Part shown: piece after piece, positions 57,729-64,000 of the stretch | How the letters are laid out: each line of letters starts with the position of its first letter | Numbering within the stretch: position 1 is the stretch's first letter | DNA from: the human T2T-CHM13v2.0 reference genome, Homo sapiens | Length of the DNA stretch: 64,000 nt | Direction: 5' to 3' (one strand) | Assembly: GCF_009914755.1 (NCBI RefSeq) | Contig: NC_060929.1 | Program-made: the position numbers and the translations under genes | The notes under the pieces: generated by a model | Databases searched by the model: none | Told to the model about the DNA's origin: nothing | Seen by the model: only the letters and a program-made list of their open reading frames with translations

Positions 57729-60480
57729 TCTTTTTAACAATAGGAGAATATTTAATTGAATCATTCCAAATCCATATGATGGACTATCAGGTTACATTTA
57801 AAATTATGTGCTAAGGATCATTTAATAACATGGAAAATACTGACATTATAATGCTAAAGATATCGATCATAAGAATATAAAATTGTATGTAGCTTTAAAT
57901 GCCGATTAAAATATTAATAAATGTGGATTTATACAGAAAGAAAAAGATGGTGGAAGTTGTTGCAGAAAATCCTTTTCAAACCCTCTTTCATAGATTAGAA
58001 ATCCTGTCATTCACAACACATTTAATGACTTCTTCCTTCTCTCTTTGAAAAAGATGAGAATAAGAAATGATGACTGTTAATCATTATTGTTTTTGAGGAA
58101 GTCCCAGCAAGATCCATGTCAACCTTTCTCTGATATATGAATTTCAAATTACTGTAATAAATTGAACATGAAATGCTTTCATTGTTCTCCAAGAAATCAC
58201 TATATAAAAATTGTACCCGCTTGTTGCTGAAAGCTGATTCTAAATAACACGGAAGTCTCTGCTCATTTCATCTACCACAAATGGATAATGGAGTTATGAT
58301 TGATTCCTATCACTGCCGATCACTTTTCCTTTAGAATGGTTGTTACAAGGTTTGGAATACATACAAATCTGGGAGGTGATGAGCGGCTACTGGCAAATTT
58401 TTTGTGTCTGCCCCATAAACTGCTGAGAGAGGTCTGACTCTGATTAGACAGAAAAATGACTCGACCTCGCAAAGAAGATTAGAATTTCATAAGCGAAGGT
58501 CTGAAACCACTAAAGCGGTATGTTAATGTCATGACAGTGTTCTGTACAGGAACAATCAGCAGAAATAATACTAAATGTTCTCACGATATTTTGCAGTCTG
58601 GAGATTTCTGACTTGACGCTTATTTTAAATGAGCTAAAATGAGTTCTAGCCTAACAAAGAGTCACTCATGAATTGGGAATAGTTTACTTTCCATTTATTT
58701 TTAAGTGGTATGATTATAAGCATCTTTATTTCCTACTTTATGACTTTCTCAGTCACTGGGAATTGATGAATCATATATAAAATCACATAGCTGGCATACA
58801 GAACTTGAAGGTTTCTTCTGCCTCTGTCATTAAAACAACCTCTGCTCTCTTTCCAACCCCTGTTATGTACTTGTAGAGATTATAACTTTCAAATTTCAAT
58901 ATACTTCTGATATTGCCTATATTTCTGCTTTCTGCCTTTTTGCTTTATGGCCTCTTACATTATAGAAGCCATTTTTAAATATTTCACTGGCTATCTTAAA
59001 TGCAACTCTTCTGACCTTCAGAGATTGTTGATTGGTGCGTTTGTTATAATAAAGAAAGCAAGCAGTACAGAAGGAAGAGGTTTTCTTATGTTGCTTCAAA
59101 GGAACATACGATTACTCTTTTTTTTTTGTGGGCCAAAATACATCACCATTCTTTCCATGTACTCTACTTCCATTTACTTTTTATATGGTGTATCTTTTTC
59201 TGAGAGTTGGATAAGTTGCCTTTCTCATATATCAGTGTTACATAGAGGTAAAGTACTTTTTAATTGCAATTTTAACTGCAATTTTTTAGATGCCTAGTGG
59301 AAAGGCAGAAAAATTCACATTAGGTAATGTTATTACTCACTTTCCATTGCAAACTAGAGGCCTATTTAAAGGAAATGAATAGAATTTGGAAGTAAATTCA
59401 AATCCAACCAATAACTGGCAAAATACTTTCCGTTATAATTTAAAACAACATGGCTAAAAGTACATGCAATTATAACAACTATATGAACTAAAATCAAAAT
59501 AATTTTGAAAACAATGTTAGAAAAATATGAACAATGTTTTTAACCAGCAATATCCAATTAGTTCAGGTAGATATCCAGCTTTCTGTGTGAGTTGGTGTTT
59601 GATATATACTCTGTGGTGGTAATTTGTTTGTGTCCAATGCCAGAAAATTAAATATATTTGGTAATGTAAGTATGTTAAGGATGTGATAAATGCTTTTCTC
59701 TAACAAAAGTTTACTGAAAAAAATAACAAAATACAGAAAGAGAAATAGCATTTACAAACTATTTGATATGCAATTACATAATTTTTTTCTTGTTTAAATT
59801 TTACACATATCGCATAAGAAAAGAAGGTAAGGACTACAAATAAAATAACATTAAAGCTCTAATAATCATAGACCACTTTATATGAATTGCAGAATAATTT
59901 CTTAATAAGCAATATGTCTACAAAATTTCTTCTTAGACATGTTATTATATACATTCACAAGACATGATATCCGACTTTGTAGACCAGCCATAGTGCTTAT
60001 TTTTAAGTATTACGATGCTTTCAACTGTCCACAATGATTTATTGTCATCATATCAAAGTGAAATATAACTTTTTCAAATGGAAAGCTTAGAAAATAATCA
60101 AGAACTGTCCACATTTTTTGAGAAAGCATTTGTTTCTGAAACTCCTTCTTCACTGCACAATAACTGTTCAGCAGCAGAGAACTTCCATGGAATAGCAATT
60201 CTTTTACCTGATCTTGCAATACTCAAACTCATTGGGCTCTCAAATCAACTGAAATAAATATTTACTCAGCTGAAGCATTTGATTTTTAACAGAAAACCAA
60301 TATTAAAATTACTAACTTGACATTTTAAACATCTTACATAAAATCGAATCTACTGAAACGTTTAAATATAGTTTGAAGTTTTAGAATTAATATATTAGGA
60401 AAATACTCATATCTTTCCACTTCCCATGTCAGTTAGGTTGTAGCCCTAAAGTCATTGAAAGGGTGTATTTTTATATATTT

Positions 60481-60530
60481 ATATGTGTGTGTGTGTGGGG
60501 GGTTGTGAGTGTGGTGTATTTGTGTGTTTA
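60481..60530. repeat. (TG)n-rich simple repeat
   Basis: atgtgtgtgtgtgtgggg...gtgtggtgt. Confidence 0.7.
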
Positions 60531-60544
60531 CATACGTGTACATA

Positions 60545-60903
60545 TGTCTGTTTGGACTTACCCAGAAGCCAACCCTGCGACAAGAATTTGAAGATGAAGG
60601 ATTTATTGGAAGGCGATCCCAGAAAGCATTTGTGGAGTACAGTAAAGACTGAGAGATGAGGGAAATTAGTCAATGCAAGGTATGTTAGTGAGTGGATGAC
60701 CACTAGGGAGAACTGGGGCCCTCTGGGTGACAGTTCAGAGTATGCCTGAGTCGCCTCATACAAGGGCTACAAAACTGAGATTTTTATCCACCAAGCAGCC
60801 CAGAGAAAAGCCTTAGGCAGAGGCACAGGTGTTCTCAGCAGCAAGACATGGTAGCAAGGAGCACCCAGGTTCTAGAGGCAAGGCCTCAACAGCATGTGCT
60901 AGA
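60545..60903 (-). mobile_element. LTR16-like ERVL solo LTR
   Basis: cccagaagccaaccctgcgacaagaatttg...tttattggaaggcgatcccagaaagca and terminal caacagcatgtgctaga. Confidence 0.7.
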
Positions 60904-61482
60904 ATATACACTTATGTAATTATACTAACTGATTTCATGATGTTGTCTACATGAGTATTACATTTGTTCCCTCCTTTTTAGATACCTGTAAACTATAACA
61001 GGTTCCTGTCCTCCACAAGCCCAACTAATAGTGAAAGAAGAAGATAATCATATTAAAGAATCACATTTGGAAAGAAAAATAAAAAAAGAAAAACACATCC
61101 ATCACTGACACATGTAAATTTTTAAATTCCACCCATATAACATGCAAATCCTTCCCCCATTTTGGGTGGTGGGGAATATTTATCAGGACCTGCGTGCATC
61201 TAATCCCCTGTTACTGCGGTTTTTAACTCCATCTTCTGGGAAGAGTTTGGTGTTGTTGTTGTTTGTTTGTTTCATTTTTCATTTTGATGGCACCTGAAAA
61301 GAGCACTTAAGGATATCCATATCTGGGAAGTGTGGAATTTCTTATCTTATTTAGTTAGCTTCTGTAGTATGTTGGGGGCCCAAAGGTGTTTTTGTTTGTT
61401 TATTTGCTTGTTTTAAATGTCAAGCAATTACACAGTATTTTAAACCAGACTGATGGCTATTTGACAGAACACCTCTTTCGTG

Positions 61483-61791
61483 TTTTTTGTTTTTTTTTTT
61501 TTTTGAGATGGAGTCTCGCTCTGTCGCCCAGGCTGTAGTGCAGTGGCGCCATCTCGGCTCACTGCAAGATCTGCCTCCGCCTCCCGGGTTCACGCCATTC
61601 TTCTGCCTCAGCCTCCCAAGAACCTAGGACTACAGGCACCCGCCACCATGCCTGGCTAATTTTTTGTATTTTTAGAATAGACGGGGTTTCACCATGTTAG
61701 CTAGGATGGTCTCAATCTCCTGACCTCGTGATCCGCCTGCCTTGGCCTCCGAAAGTGCTGGGATTACAGGCATGAGCCACCGCGCTTGGCC
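61483..61791 (-). mobile_element. AluY
   Basis: ggttcacgccattc and tgttagctaggatggtctcaatctcctgacctcgtgatc diagnostics; no clean TSD. Confidence 0.93.
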
Positions 61792-61919
61792 TCACGCGGT
61801 GTTCACCTTTTTTAGTACATTTGTTGGTTTCTTAGCTGTTAGATTCCAGTTAGTTCTGTGTAATGAGAACCAAAACCACTATTATTTTTATCACGCTTGT
61901 CTTTTTAAAATGCTACTTG

Positions 61920-62913
61920 CAGGCATCTGTTAGACATCAAAGGGAAGTCATAACTTTATTTTCTTTTTTCTTAGCCATTTTTTCCAACTAAAAGAATTTT
62001 CATGTTTCTAATTCAATTCATTCTGAATTTTAACAAATTGTGTAATGACCACAACCCTTGATAAACTGAGTATTAATTGCTCTCTACCACTCAAGGTTTT
62101 ATCATTGCCAGTTGGAGACAAGAATAAGTTATAACTTGTATCTCTTCAAATTTCTAAATTCCTGAATTTTCTTCTTTCCCTTTCCTTCTCACATGCAGGT
62201 TAGATTTTATGAGATAATTTCTTTCTTATAGTTTCATTTTTTTTTCAAATTTAGCTAAAATATGTGAGGCATTCTACAACATTCTGTTTTCAAATAGCTT
62301 CTTGTAAGCCACCAGCTCATGTGGTACATTATTATCTTTCTCTGTTTTCTCAGGCATTATTATTAAATGTTTGTTATTGCTGAATATAGATTTTATTGCT
62401 TAATATGTTTTGAACTTTCAATAAAATTTCCCTTATTGCTTACTGCCTACCACAAAGGCATGCATCTAGGTTAAGCTTTTTATTATTGCTGCACCAAACT
62501 TTTCTACCAATTTCTGAATGAGTCTGGATAAGCTAATTAATAGGGAGATAATACATAATCCATAATGTTTCCACCTTAAAGCAATAATCTTTTGTATTTA
62601 ATGTGTCCATCACTAATTTGCTTGTTGTTCACCTCCAAGTGACCTTCACTCGGGAAACCCAGGCTGAAAGAGTAGCCACTGGCTGGAAGATCACTCAGCT
62701 CACATAAAAGGAGAAAGAGATTTGATTAGCCAAGCACTGGCTTAAAACTTCCAACTGGAATTGATCACATTCACATATATTTCATTAGACAAAGCAGGCC
62801 GCATGGGTTATCATGACAGGAATGGAATGGGAATGCATAAGCCTTTCTCAGTCAGGGATGCCTCAGAAAAAGCAAAATTGAATATATGTTGAGTAGCAAT
62901 ACAATCTAACATA
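61920..62913 (-). mobile_element. MLT1J-like LTR (62515-62913) with adjoining MLT1 internal remnant
   Basis: ctaccaatttc|tgaatgagtc internal/LTR junction; acccaggctgaaagagtagccac, tttcattagacaaagc and caatacaatctaaca motifs. Confidence 0.65.
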
Positions 62914-64000
62914 TTTCATATTTACAAATGTAAAAATTTGGGTATCTGTGTTTTCATAATAAGAAAAATAGATACTTTTTTAAAAGTGAAAATCTCATCT
63001 ATATGGTGCTATCAAAGAAAACAGAATCAATTAGGTTGGAATTCTCATATGAATAACTTGCAGCAAGAAGACAATAGAACAATGACTGTAGATTACTAAG
63101 AAAAAAGAACTGTTGTACCCAATATATCCAGAAGTGAAATTAGTCATCTGTCAGAAAGGAAAAACAATTTTGGGATATAGAGAGGCTCATAGGGTATACA
63201 AACAATATCTATAAAGAGATTTTAAAAATGAATCAAAACAAGACATTGAATTAGGCATTAGTACATGAACTAATGGTGACCAACTGATATTATATTTTAT
63301 AGTCAAATCTAGTGAATAATTATGAGTTACAGTGTAAAATTTGTAATAAAGTTATTGAATCAGAAAAGTAAAGATAAGAATAGTAAGTAAATGACTAACA
63401 GATAAATATTCTAAAATCTCAAAAAAATCCAAATAACAGAACCATGGGAGTTAGGCTGAGGTGAAGATGGGTGACAGCTAAGGTATAGATTTCTAAAATT
63501 TCAAGAGAGTGGGAATTTAATATATTAATATAATATACATTTAATTCTGGCTTTTAAAGAAAACAATCTCTACACTGGTGGTATAGAAATGTCAGTATAA
63601 TTCTAAAATTTAAACAGGAGAGGGAGAAAGAACAACAGAGAGAGAGAGAAGAGGACAGAATTGCTGGCAAACATCAAAGAAAGGAAAGGAGGAAAAAAAA
63701 CCATAAATCTTTATGTAAAACTAGTTGCCCATAAGTTTTCAGTTACTGAAGTGGATCACCTAATCACTATGAACTTACTTGTTTTCCAGATATAAGCATT
63801 CTTTGATCTTTCTGTGAGTGACTTATGTACAGAAACAGCAGTTCTGCAATGAATTTGAGAACACATTGCAGAATGGAGAAATAGTATCTTTATTTTACCT
63901 GATGTTGCTGAAACCAAGCATCCCTATAAATTATGGACAGACTTAAGGTGAAGTTTGCTCTGACTCATAAGATGGAAAAAAATATAATAAAACAGATAAG

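Overview
This is AT-rich, gene-poor human genomic DNA, not prokaryotic. A near-consensus AluYb8 at 57399-57728 belongs to a human-specific subfamily. I find no intact protein-coding gene; the ORF track is essentially all repeat-derived or random. The window is dominated by transposable elements: three THE1/MST MaLR elements, MER41-, LTR47-, LTR32-, LTR16-, LTR78- and MLT1-like LTRs, L1s of many ages (two with twin-priming 5' inversions), about 13 Alu/FLAM copies, MIR and L2 remnants, and a MADE1. The main feature missed by the ORF track is a minus-strand UBE2V1 processed pseudogene (~40206-41917). Its exon 1 is joined directly to exon 3, so it looks like a retrocopy of an exon-2-skipped, premature-stop mRNA. 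Other points of interest are an L1PB1 insertion with an apparent 3' transduction, a near-identical 115-bp tandem duplication inside an old L1, a 27-nt micro-exon candidate, and a GAS site in a MER41 LTR. I do not see a genuinely new multi-gene biological system. Subfamily names come from remembered consensus sequences and need RepeatMasker/Dfam confirmation.
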